Positions 40,530 to 49,663 of a stretch of 64,000 bases of DNA are shown here, piece after piece. The number at the start of each line of letters is the position of its first letter. The stretch's first letter is position 1. Origin of the DNA: an uncultured delta proteobacterium (GTDB taxonomy: Bacteria > Desulfobacterota > Syntrophia > Syntrophales > UBA2185); NCBI GenBank assembly GCA_963729715.1, contig CAVSPA010000005.1, positions 448,001 through 512,000 on the forward strand, read 5' to 3'. The notes beneath the pieces are model-generated. The model saw only the letters and a list, made by a program, of their open reading frames with translations. It searched no databases and had not been told where the DNA came from. Made by a program: the position numbers and the translations under genes.

Positions 40530-41798
40530 TCACAGTTTGTTTAAGTTCTTCATTCCCAGCAGGCGGGCAATCCGTTCCGTCAGCGGGGGGTGTGAATAGT
40601 AGAACCAGGCATAAAACGGGTGAGGATGGAGATTGGCGAGATTGTCTTTCGCGAGGCGTTTCAGCGCGTTTATCATGGGCATGGTGGTGCCCACGAGATC
40701 GTAACAGAAGTCATCCGCTTCCCGTTCGAATCTTCTTGTAAGCATGGCGCCTACCGGCCTCAGAAAGAAAGCGACAGGCCCAAAAAGGGCGGCAATTAAT
40801 AGGAGGCCTACATAGGGAATCTTCTCAGCGAAGCCGAATGTTTGATGTAGGAGGGGCCAGTCTATGAGGCGATAGGCCAGATAGAGTAAGACGAGAGAAA
40901 CTGTTTCCATGAGAATCAGTTGCTTGATGATGTGCCTCTTCTTCCAGTGCCCTGCCTCATGGGCCAGGACAGACAGTATCTCTTCAGACGCATGGGATTT
41001 GAGCAGGGTATCGTAAAGGACGATGCGCTTCGTCTTGCCGAGACCCGTAAAGTAAGCGTTAGTGTGCTTACTCCTTTTCCCTGCGTCGACCTGGAAAACC
41101 CCGCCGGCTTTTAGTCCCACCTTCGCCATGAGGGCGATGATGGCTTCTTTCAGAGCCTCGTTTTCAATGGGTTCGAATTGGTTGAAAAGGGGTGCTATCA
41201 GAACAGGATAGAGCCAGACAACAAGCATCTGGAAAGCGGAAAAGAAGAGCCATGCCCAGAGCCACCAGGTATGTTCGGCATAATAGACAAGAGCGAGCAT
41301 AGCGCCTAAGAGGACCCCCGAGAGAATTGCGGATATCAGAAGGCCTTTGATGAGATCTGTAATCCACAATCTCATGGTGATCGTACTGAATCCGTATCTC
41401 TTCTCAATCACAAATGTACTGTAGAGGCTGAATGGGATATCAAGAATGCCGCTTAAGAAGGCGAGGGTACCAAAAAAAATCAGGCCCGACAGGATGAAAT
41501 GGATATTCCAGGAAAGCACCACTCCGGCCAGCAGCGGCAGGAATCCGCTTAGCAGGACCAGGAGCGTAACTGCATCGTCGAAGAAATGCGCTGCAGCACC
41601 AAACCGCGAAGACTCCGCCGTGTATGCGGTCATGCGCGCGAGTGTAGCCTCGTCAATCTCTCCCTGGAATAGCTCAGGCACATCGTGGGCGTGCCGACGC
41701 AGATGATCGATATTCATATACGCGAGGAGTAGGCGGAATACGGAGCTTGCGGCAAAAGCCGCCAGGAAGGCGATTAAGAGTACATTCCACTGCACCAT
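40530..41798 (-). CDS. M48 family (Ste24/HtpX-like) membrane metallopeptidase
   Basis: NAYFTG.G..KRIVLYDTL, AHEAGH, E.EAD, SHPP..ERI. Confidence 0.93.
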   Translation of the reverse strand: MVQWNVLLIAFLAAFAASSVFRLLLAYMNIDHLRRHAHDVPELFQGEIDEATLARMTAYTAESSRFGAAAHFFDDAVTLLVLLSGFLPLLAGVVLSWNIHFILSGLIFFGTLAFLSGILDIPFSLYSTFVIEKRYGFSTITMRLWITDLIKGLLISAILSGVLLGAMLALVYYAEHTWWLWAWLFFSAFQMLVVWLYPVLIAPLFNQFEPIENEALKEAIIALMAKVGLKAGGVFQVDAGKRSKHTNAYFTGLGKTKRIVLYDTLLKSHASEEILSVLAHEAGHWKKRHIIKQLILMETVSLVLLYLAYRLIDWPLLHQTFGFAEKIPYVGLLLIAALFGPVAFFLRPVGAMLTRRFEREADDFCYDLVGTTMPMINALKRLAKDNLANLHPHPFYAWFYYSHPPLTERIARLLGMKNLNKL

Positions 41799-41822
41799 AA
41801 ATTACAACTTATATTCATCCTC

Positions 41823-42362
41823 TTAAGCAGGTTTTGCATCCCATTCGAAACGGGACAGTTTTTCCAGTTTCTTTTCAATTTCCCCGATAACTTCCTCAAC
41901 TGTATTGACTGCCATGAAGTCATGATCTTCGGGAATCGTAAATGGTGCAGCGTGAAGACTTATCACTGGGGTCCCATTGCGGACGGCAATAGCTATTTCA
42001 GAGAGGGTGCCTGCGCCTCCGCTCAGGGCGATAAGGACGTGCGGCGTCTTGGCATTGATGACATTTCTTGCATCATACATTCCTGTGTAGATCGGGATAT
42101 CAACAAACTCGTTCGGGTATCTTTTTAGGGGATGCTGTTTGTCATTGGGGAGAATACCGATAACAAGCCCCCCCGCCTTATGCGCCCCTTCACAGGCAGC
42201 CCGCATGACACCCGGCCCGCCGCCTGTCAGCAAAACGTAACCGCGCCGGGCAATGGCTTCTCCCAGGCGCCGGGCGTCTTCCATAACCGCCGGCGATTCA
42301 TCGCGGTGACTTCCCATAACTCCGATGATGTAAGGCTTTCTTGCAACTGAAATTGTTGGCAT
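41823..42362 (-). CDS. LOG/SLOG family protein (TIGR00725-like)
   Basis: IGVMGS, TGGGPGVM.A, GILP, RNVIN, GGAGTLSE. Start moved to MPTIS. Confidence 0.88.
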   Translation of the reverse strand: MPTISVARKPYIIGVMGSHRDESPAVMEDARRLGEAIARRGYVLLTGGGPGVMRAACEGAHKAGGLVIGILPNDKQHPLKRYPNEFVDIPIYTGMYDARNVINAKTPHVLIALSGGAGTLSEIAIAVRNGTPVISLHAAPFTIPEDHDFMAVNTVEEVIGEIEKKLEKLSRFEWDAKPA

Positions 42363-42474
42363 GTAAAGTTCTTTAACAAATGAAGCCCTCGACCTCAAGA
42401 AAAATATGAACCTCCACGTTGACAGGAAATAGAAAACATGGTGATATGCGCGCGGCAAGGAGGATCGAAGTTCG

Positions 42475-43443
42475 TTGATTGAAAAGATAGCGGAAAATTT
42501 TTACATGATCACACTGCCCATGCCGTTCCGTCTGAAGCACGTCCATATGTTCGCAGTTGTGCATGACGGCAGCGTTTCGCTTTTTGATACCGGCATGAAT
42601 ACACCGGAAACCTTCTCGATGCTTGAAGAGTCTCTGAAATCTATAGGCAGAGGCATTCGTGACGTAGATCGAATATTCATAACTCATTTCCATACGGATC
42701 ATTGTGGAATAGCCGGCCGTATCCAGGAGATATCAGGAGCTGCAATTGCCATGTCCGAAATGGATGCGCAGAGAATTTATAACGATCAGAAGAAGGGGCT
42801 TGATTTTGATCAGGTAAGAAAATTCTATCGTGAGCAGGGGCTGCGGGAAAAAGTTATCGATAACCTGTTGGAGCTCCTCATCTCTTTCCGAAAGGCAACG
42901 ATCCCCTTCAAAGTAGATACGAATCTTGAAGACCAAGGGTCTCAGAAGGTAGGCGACAGGGAGTTTGAGCCAATATCAGTTCCGGGTCATACAATAGGGC
43001 AGGTATGCTTTTTCTTCCGGAGGGAAGGAATACTGCTCTCCGGTGATCATATCTTGCCGGAGATCACACCCAATCTCAGTCCCGATCCTTATAATCCGGG
43101 GTTTCGGCCTCTCAGGAGCTTTCTGGACTCACTCGAGCGGGTTGAAAACCTCCCTGCCGTCAAGGTTTATCCGGCCCATGGCGCTCCGTTTCCGAACCTA
43201 AAGGCGCGCGTGGAAGAAATCAGGGAACATCACAGGGAGAGAAAAGGCCTTGTGTTTGAATCCGTCAAAGGAGGCCCGAAGACAACGTATCACGTTTCAT
43301 TGGATGTCTTCGGACGAGACTTGCCTGAGTTTGATCAGTTCCTGGCCGTCAACGAAACATACGCCCACTTGATTGAGCTCTTGGAAGAGGGCCTCATCAA
43401 ACAGAAAATGTCAGGGCATCATCTGATTCATTCTGTTGCTTAG
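42475..43443 (+). CDS. MBL-fold metallo-hydrolase with winged-helix-like C-terminus
   Basis: DTG, THFHTDHCG, PGHT.G, SGDHIL..ITPN, PAHG; TTG start after AAGGAGG. Confidence 0.9.
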   Translation: MIEKIAENFYMITLPMPFRLKHVHMFAVVHDGSVSLFDTGMNTPETFSMLEESLKSIGRGIRDVDRIFITHFHTDHCGIAGRIQEISGAAIAMSEMDAQRIYNDQKKGLDFDQVRKFYREQGLREKVIDNLLELLISFRKATIPFKVDTNLEDQGSQKVGDREFEPISVPGHTIGQVCFFFRREGILLSGDHILPEITPNLSPDPYNPGFRPLRSFLDSLERVENLPAVKVYPAHGAPFPNLKARVEEIREHHRERKGLVFESVKGGPKTTYHVSLDVFGRDLPEFDQFLAVNETYAHLIELLEEGLIKQKMSGHHLIHSVA

Positions 43444-43494
43444 CCTACTGAGAAAATCCTCCGCCTCTTTTCGAGGGTGGAACTCCTCTTTCAT

Positions 43495-43956
43495 TTATCC
43501 CCGGGATCTTGTCTTCTTCTTTGTCTTACCGGAAACCTGCATGATTACCCGTCTCTGCCTCGGCCGGTTGTCAAAATCAATGAACACAATCTGCTGCCAT
43601 GTTCCCAATTGCAGACGCCCGTTCGTCGCGGGGATGGTCAATGATGGACCCAGGAGGGCCGCTCTTACATGGGCATGTCCGTTTCCATCTCCCCATCGTT
43701 CGTTGTGCCGATAGTATTTACCCTCAGGCGCGAGGTTTTCTATTGCTTCCTTGAGATCACTGACGGCGCCGTGTTCATATTCTATCGTCGTTATGGCGCC
43801 CGTAGAACCGGGGACGAAGAGAAGCACCTGCCCTTCTTCCAGATTTGTTTCAGCAACGCGGTCCAACACCTGGCGGGTTAAGTCAATAACGTCGGTATTT
43901 CCTGATGTGGTAAAAGAAAGGTCAAACGTTGTCATCTCCATAGCCATACATGACAT
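43495..43956 (-). CDS. yjbQ: Second YjbQ/UPF0047 family protein
   Basis: GSTGAITTIEYE, H...WGDGNGHAH, LGTWQQI..IDFD. Start uncertain. Confidence 0.88.
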   Translation of the reverse strand: MSCMAMEMTTFDLSFTTSGNTDVIDLTRQVLDRVAETNLEEGQVLLFVPGSTGAITTIEYEHGAVSDLKEAIENLAPEGKYYRHNERWGDGNGHAHVRAALLGPSLTIPATNGRLQLGTWQQIVFIDFDNRPRQRRVIMQVSGKTKKKTRSRG

Positions 43957-44070
43957 CCTTTCATGTGTAGTAAAGAATCCCTAAACCTCTCCATCTTCAT
44001 TGCGTCCCGTTTTGACTCATAGGAGATATTAACGATAAATTCTCGCCTCATGTAAGACTCAAGGTTTGCG

Positions 44071-44736
44071 CTATATGTACGGGAAGACATGTTTTTGCAC
44101 CATCTGGAAATTTTTCTTCACCTCACTCGCGCCGTCTATGACGTTCATGTGACCTGGGAAGATGGCTTCTATGTCGAGCTTTGAAAGGGCCACAATGCTT
44201 TGCTTCAGATAGGAGCCGCCACCACCAGGGAAATCCGTTCTTCCCACATTCTGATAGAAAATTACATCGCCGGAAAAAACGACTTTCCGGGCAGGCCAGT
44301 ACAGACCGATGGAACCCGGTGAATGCCCCGGGATGAGAAGGATTTCAAATGTTTCGTCTCCCAGGACAATCTTACCTTCCGTGAGGGGGAGATCGACGCG
44401 TATGGTAGGAGGATTCATGCCAAACAGGTTATAGAGACTGGCACCCACGCCCTTTAAAAACTCCATCTCCTTTTCGTGAAGACCCACTTTGGTATCAGAG
44501 TCATTGAACAAAACGGATCCTTCAAAGTGATCGGGGTGGGAATGGGTATTGATGACATATTTAATCGCACTTCTTTCTATCCCGTCTTCTTCCATACTTT
44601 CAAGAAGGTTAGGCACAAATCCCTTCAATCCGGGATCGACGAGGGCGTTAACACTGCCGCCTATATAAAAGCTGTTACAGTTATTTTCAAAAGAGTCTGT
44701 CCATTCGTAAACATAGATGTCATCTGAAAATCTCAT
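44071..44736 (-). CDS. MBL-fold metallo-hydrolase (glyoxalase II-like)
   Basis: DPG, THSHPDH, PGHSPGS, SGD.IF...GRTDFPGG, PGH. Confidence 0.9.
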   Translation of the reverse strand: MRFSDDIYVYEWTDSFENNCNSFYIGGSVNALVDPGLKGFVPNLLESMEEDGIERSAIKYVINTHSHPDHFEGSVLFNDSDTKVGLHEKEMEFLKGVGASLYNLFGMNPPTIRVDLPLTEGKIVLGDETFEILLIPGHSPGSIGLYWPARKVVFSGDVIFYQNVGRTDFPGGGGSYLKQSIVALSKLDIEAIFPGHMNVIDGASEVKKNFQMVQKHVFPYI

Positions 44737-44926
44737 AGGTTCTCCTTTTCTGTAATCGTATTCACTTTTTTGGACGATTGATGATTTGATAGCTGTATAA
44801 TCTCATATTACTTTGGAGTACATTTACTTGCAAGTACAATGTATCCGGGAGAAGGGAAGAACAGCGCCGCAGATTTTCCATCCAAATTCTCGCAGAAACG
44901 AAATTTATTTCCCGACAAAAAAGTTG

Positions 44927-44960
44927 TTGACAAAGGACGATAATGGTTGTATCATACAAC
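44927..44960 (+). promoter_or_regulatory. Sigma70 promoter with palindromic operator for marR-hgcA-hgcB
   Basis: TTGACA (44927)-17 bp-TATCAT (44950); perfect inverted repeat GTTGTAT-C-ATACAAC (44946-44960) covers the -10 box; ATG at 44962. Confidence 0.75.
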
Positions 44961-44961
44961 T

Positions 44962-45426
44962 ATGAAAGCGAATACACCGTGCATTAATCGGGATGTTCTA
45001 TCTCTGGTATCGGAGTTCTGCCAGGTCGTTCGTTTTTGCCGTCAGGATGCCACTTTTTGTGAGGACGTGACTTTTACCCAGTTTCTCATACTCGATGAGG
45101 TTGCAAAAGAAGGAAAGCTAAAAATGCTGGACCTTCATCAGATCCTCGCCGTTGATAAGAGCACGACTACCAGATTCGTGAACCCATTGGTCAGGCAGGG
45201 ACTGATTGAACGTAAGATATCCGACCATGATTCACGGGCAGTGAATTTGAGATTGACGCCGGCTGGTAGAAAGGTTCACACAAAAGTGTGGTTATGCCTT
45301 GAAGGTTTCATCTGCGCTGTTGAAGGACGAATTCCCGAGAGGAAAAAGAAAGTGGTGTATGAGGCTGTGAAGCTCTTTATCGATGCCGTGAAAAAAGCTT
45401 CGTCAGCCTGCCCGTGTAGTGAATAA
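44962..45426 (+). CDS. Cys-rich MarR-family transcriptional regulator
   Basis: T..QF.IL, L.VDKSTTTR.V..L...GLI.R, D.R...L.LT..G winged helix; 8 Cys including C-terminal CPC. Confidence 0.9.
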   Translation: MKANTPCINRDVLSLVSEFCQVVRFCRQDATFCEDVTFTQFLILDEVAKEGKLKMLDLHQILAVDKSTTTRFVNPLVRQGLIERKISDHDSRAVNLRLTPAGRKVHTKVWLCLEGFICAVEGRIPERKKKVVYEAVKLFIDAVKKASSACPCSE

Positions 45427-45444
45427 TAGTGGAGGAGCAAGAAA

Positions 45445-46620
45445 GTGTGTCAACCTGATTGTAACACGAGAAAAAGCGAATCGGACAAAAAAGTTGCGGG
45501 AAAAGTTCCCATTGTTTTGCCGGTAATTTCACAACAGCCACAAACATGTGAGATCCAGTTGGGTCTCCCCAGCTGTGATCAGCCATTCGTCGTGGGTTCA
45601 ATCGAGACACCTGTCGGTGCTGCGCCGAAGGTCACCTCCACATTAACATGGCAGGATAGGTGGGGGACAATAAAGGCTCGCTGGGGTGTTGACCGTATGG
45701 ACTATACTGTTGAACCCGGTCTCTATGCCCTCGGGAATCCTGACAATGAATCGCATGTGCTCGTTACTGCAAATTACAAGATGAGTTTTGACCGGCTCCG
45801 TGAGGCCCTTACCGGACGTGACGTCTGGCTCCTCGTCCTGGATACAAGGGGAATCAACGTCTGGTGCGCGGCGGGAAAAGGTACGTTCGGGACAGCGGAA
45901 CTAGTACGACGCATAAGGATAAGCGGATTGGACATGGTCGTCACCCACAGGGATTTGATCCTTCCACAGCTCTCCGGCCCAGGTGTTGCCGCCCACCTCG
46001 TTAAGAAATTTTCCGGTTTCGGGGTTAAGTACGGCCCTATCCGGGCCGCTGATCTCCCTGCCTATTTAGAGGCCGGCCTCATAGCGACACCGATGATGCG
46101 CCTGAAAACCTTCACTCTGCGTGAGCGGGTGGCCTTGATCCCGATAGAGCTGGTGGCAGCATTCAAGGCAGCTATTCTCCTCATGCTAATCTTTTTTCTT
46201 CTCAGCGGTCTGGGTGGGCCTGCGGGATACATGGCAAATGTTATGAATTATGGCCGCTTTGCTGTCATTGCCATCTTGATCGCAATCATTGCCGGCGCCG
46301 TCCTGACTCCGATCCTGCTTCCTCTTCTTCCCGGCAGGGCCTTTTCGCTCAAGGGTTGTACTATCGGTGTCGTTGCTGCATGCGTCCTCCTGATAATGAG
46401 GAATCCGGATCTCCATCTCTGGCCGGGCAGGCTCGAAGCTTTATCGTGGCTATTGCTGATACCGGCTTTAACAGCATATCTCGCCTTGAATTTTACCGGC
46501 GCCTCAACATACACCTCCCTTTCGGGAGTAAAAAAGGAAATGCACGTTGCCATACCCTTGGAGATAGGCGCCGGTATTGCCGGTGTCGGCCTCTGGCTGG
46601 TATCTCGCTTTATCGCGTAG
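45445..46620 (+). CDS. hgcA: Mercury methylation corrinoid protein HgcA
   Basis: VEPGLYA.G.P, VTANYKMSFD, cap helix GINVWCAAGKGTFG, LILPQL, YGP.RA.D, C-terminal TM helices ending NFTG.STYTS.SGV.KE; GGAGGA RBS before GTG. Confidence 0.96.
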   Translation: MCQPDCNTRKSESDKKVAGKVPIVLPVISQQPQTCEIQLGLPSCDQPFVVGSIETPVGAAPKVTSTLTWQDRWGTIKARWGVDRMDYTVEPGLYALGNPDNESHVLVTANYKMSFDRLREALTGRDVWLLVLDTRGINVWCAAGKGTFGTAELVRRIRISGLDMVVTHRDLILPQLSGPGVAAHLVKKFSGFGVKYGPIRAADLPAYLEAGLIATPMMRLKTFTLRERVALIPIELVAAFKAAILLMLIFFLLSGLGGPAGYMANVMNYGRFAVIAILIAIIAGAVLTPILLPLLPGRAFSLKGCTIGVVAACVLLIMRNPDLHLWPGRLEALSWLLLIPALTAYLALNFTGASTYTSLSGVKKEMHVAIPLEIGAGIAGVGLWLVSRFIA

Positions 46621-46630
46621 GAGCTTGCAA

Positions 46631-46960
46631 ATGGAAAGAATGACCTATCTGAAAGATGTGGTGACGCTAGATCTCAGTGAGGGGAAATGTACCGGTTGCG
46701 GCATGTGCACCGAGGTCTGCCCCCAGGCGGTTATTGCCGTAAACGACGTAGGCCACGCATGGATCAAGGACAGAAACGCCTGCATGGAATGCGGGGCCTG
46801 CAGCCGGAATTGCCCTACCGGGGCTTTTTCCGTGCAGGCAGGTGTGGGCTGTGCCGCCGCAGTTATAAACTCCATGCTGGGCCGAACCGACGCGCCCTGT
46901 TGTGGCCCGATAGAATCTTGCGGGCAAACTGTGGATCAGAAGAAATCCTCATGCTGCTAA
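46631..46960 (+). CDS. hgcB: Mercury methylation ferredoxin HgcB
   Basis: CTGCGMCTEVCP and CMECGACSRNCP 2[4Fe-4S] motifs, GVGCA, C-terminal CC; directly after hgcA. Confidence 0.96.
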   Translation: MERMTYLKDVVTLDLSEGKCTGCGMCTEVCPQAVIAVNDVGHAWIKDRNACMECGACSRNCPTGAFSVQAGVGCAAAVINSMLGRTDAPCCGPIESCGQTVDQKKSSCC

Positions 46961-47318
46961 GGTAAAATCATCATCAGGTCATGGCAGGAGTGAAGAACAA
47001 TCGCAGGAAGAAGTTTGCCCGCCACCTGACACCATAAGCCGTGATATCTCGTGACTGTCGATGATACGTTACAGGTCGCACGATAGAGACGTATGAGACA
47101 ATGCGGGCAGCAATATTAGATGAATCCCTTGACATATTACATATATTGATATATATCCCGCCCCATAAGATATCGTGTTAATAGATTGAAGAACTGAGAC
47201 TTATGCCGCAGTTGTTCCCCGCAGTGATCATCACCCCTGAATTCTTCACGGAAAGGCTATTTAAGATTTATCGGGAATCTCACGAAAAAATATAAGAGAT
47301 TTATCAACGAGAAAGCAT

Positions 47319-47729
47319 ATGACCATGAGAGGCGATAAAGTGGCGAAAGTCAGGCTTCCCCTGAAGAGTGGAAAGTCTCGCAAAAAAACGAATGAATCGG
47401 AAAAATTTCAGAGCGGAGAGAACTACCGCAATATCATAGAAAACGTCAGCGACGGCATCTACTGCGTGAATACGGAAGGCTATTTCACCTTTGTGAACAA
47501 AGCAATAACTGTCAGGTCAGGAATTCCCGCGGAACAATTTCATTCTTTGCATTTCCTTGATGTCATTACTCCGGAATACCATGAGCAGGCGGAGAGAAAC
47601 TTTCAAATGATAATGACAGGCGAGGATGAAATTGTGTCCGAAATTAAGTATAGAAGCGCCATCGGTCAGGTACGAACTGAGGAAGAACAGAACTGGCCTA
47701 TGAGGTGGAGCAGATATTCTGATCAATAG
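47319..47729 (+). pseudogene. Truncated PAS-domain sensor remnant
   Basis: ENYRNIIEN.SDGI...N.EG.FTFVN PAS start; PAS similarity fades after EIKYRSAIG and no output domain follows. Confidence 0.55.
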
Positions 47730-47747
47730 GGTAACAGGAGGCTTATT

Positions 47748-48923
47748 ATGAAACCGCAGGATAGGATTAACCATCTGCAAAAGAAGCTGCTAGAGCAGGA
47801 TCTCGGAGGCGCCCTTATCTTTTACTCGCGGGACGTTTTTTATTACACGGGTACTGCACAGCCTTCTTATCTTGTGATTCTGCCTGACGATTACCGTCTC
47901 TTCATAAGAAGTGGCTACGATTTCGCCCGTGACGACGTCTTCGTAGACAAGGAAAAAGTCGTGGAAGAACGCCGTTTGGATAACATCTTCAATAAAATTT
48001 CTACGGCTCTCGGTAAAGGTGCCCGTCGGATAGGCACCGAATTGGATGTCTTGACGGTGGAACAATTGGGCCAGTTCAAAAAGGCCTTTCGCGATTATGA
48101 TTTTGTGAATATAAGTCCTGTCATTCTGGAACAGAGAAAAACAAAAGACCCCTCAGAAATAGAAAAAATCAGAAAAGCCTGTGAAGCTATTCATCGGGGT
48201 CACGAGGCGGTCCTTGCCACTTTGAAGGAGGGCATCACAGAACTGGACCTCTCTGCTGCTGTGGAGAACGCGCATCGTTTGGCAGGGCATGAAGGCATAT
48301 TTTTTATCCGGCAGCCGGACTTTTTTATGAGCCGCGGACCGATTTCTTCGGGGGAAAATCTTTTCAAGACGAGCGGCGTGGTCTATACAATCACAGGTGT
48401 TGGGCTTAGTCCATCTGTACCGGCGGGCCCCTCACGAAGAAGATTGTCCAAGGGCGATTTGGTCATGGTAGATATACCCGTAATTGTTGAAGGCTATCAT
48501 GCAGACCAGACGAGGACATACTGCCTGGGAAAGGCAAACGAAAGCGCCATGTCCATGTATGTGGCCCTAAGGACCATAGCCGACCATCTTATCGCTAGTA
48601 TGAAAACGGGGATGCGATGCAGTGACATCTACAGGATGGCCATCGAAAAGGCATCGGCTCTCGGCAGAGACGGCCAGTTCCAGAGTTTCGGCGGGGGAAG
48701 AAAGTCGCGTCTCATAGGCCATGGAATCGGGTTGGAATTGAATGAACCTCCCATTCCCTCGGAATACGACCAATCCCCGGTGGAGGATGGCTATGTCATA
48801 GCTCTGGATATGCATATGCTGGATGAGTCCGTAGGGGTCGTCAAACTGGAGGACATGATTCTGATCAAAGAGGAAGGAAACGAGATATTGACAAGAAGTG
48901 ACCGCAGCCTCGTTGAGGTATAG
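47748..48923 (+). CDS. M24 family Xaa-Pro peptidase-like protein
   Basis: Creatinase-like N-domain (FYYTGT), R..K...EI, GD.VMVD, GY.ADQTRT, GHGIGLE.NE.P, LED. Confidence 0.88.
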   Translation: MKPQDRINHLQKKLLEQDLGGALIFYSRDVFYYTGTAQPSYLVILPDDYRLFIRSGYDFARDDVFVDKEKVVEERRLDNIFNKISTALGKGARRIGTELDVLTVEQLGQFKKAFRDYDFVNISPVILEQRKTKDPSEIEKIRKACEAIHRGHEAVLATLKEGITELDLSAAVENAHRLAGHEGIFFIRQPDFFMSRGPISSGENLFKTSGVVYTITGVGLSPSVPAGPSRRRLSKGDLVMVDIPVIVEGYHADQTRTYCLGKANESAMSMYVALRTIADHLIASMKTGMRCSDIYRMAIEKASALGRDGQFQSFGGGRKSRLIGHGIGLELNEPPIPSEYDQSPVEDGYVIALDMHMLDESVGVVKLEDMILIKEEGNEILTRSDRSLVEV

Positions 48924-48971
48924 AGATATTGCAACTGGTACAGATGGACTCATGTTCCCAAATGAACTAAG

Positions 48972-49610
48972 AGTCATATACCTCCGGCAAAGCCGGAGGC
49001 TTGAATGTATGAACCGCTCAAAGCGGATTTAATTTACTGAACCACCTGAAGGTGGTTACTCCTCAAACATGTTGAGCTGATCGAGACGCCGGTCTTCTTG
49101 CTCTTGTTTTCTGATGTATTCTCGAATGGTGGCTTCATCTCTGCCAACGGTGGAAACTTCATAACCTCTGGCCCAAAAGTGCTGACCGGTGAAATTCTTG
49201 CGATGACCCATAAAGTTTCTCGCAATATGTATCGCGCTCTTGCCTTTGATGAAACCAACCACTTGCGCTACCGCATGCTTCGGCGGAATGGAGATCAACA
49301 TATGCACATGATCAACTCGAAGATGACCCTCGATAACCTGACTCTCTTTCTGAATCGCGAGGTCCCTGAATGTTGACCCCAAATATCTCCGCAGTTGCTC
49401 GTAAATCGCTTTCCTCCGATACTTCGGTATCCATACCACATGGTACTTGCATTCCCATGACGTATGGCTTAAACTCTGCCTGTCGTTCAACTGAAATCTC
49501 CTTCCCCGTAAACTTTGAACGGTTCACGGATAGAAGGTTTCCTTTACATTCCCGGAATTGTCAAACTCTGGGAGTCCCCCGGCAGAGCCGGTGGTTTACC
49601 CAGGATTAAT
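48972..49610 (-). mobile_element. IS200-type insertion sequence (IS200/IS605 family, tnpA only)
   Basis: tnpA flanked by subterminal hairpins CCTCCGGC-AAA-GCCGGAGG (48981-48999) and CCCCCGGC-AGA-GCCGGTGG (about 49576-49594). Exact ends approximate. Confidence 0.85.
49056..49490 (-). CDS. tnpA: IS200/IS605 Y1 HUH transposase
   Basis: CKYHVVWIPKYRR, DHVHMLISIPP (HUH), KGKSA, FWARGY, EYI..Q; TTG start after AAGGAG. Confidence 0.95.
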   Translation of the reverse strand: MNDRQSLSHTSWECKYHVVWIPKYRRKAIYEQLRRYLGSTFRDLAIQKESQVIEGHLRVDHVHMLISIPPKHAVAQVVGFIKGKSAIHIARNFMGHRKNFTGQHFWARGYEVSTVGRDEATIREYIRKQEQEDRRLDQLNMFEE

Positions 49611-49663
49611 TACAGAGGCTGGCTCCCTGCCCGGTCGTGTTGATAGGCCGTGCTCATTGACAC

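Noticed and set aside
45445..45900. Selenocysteine-containing HgcA
   Set aside because: No in-frame TGA in the N-terminal extension, and the cap-helix codon is TGC.
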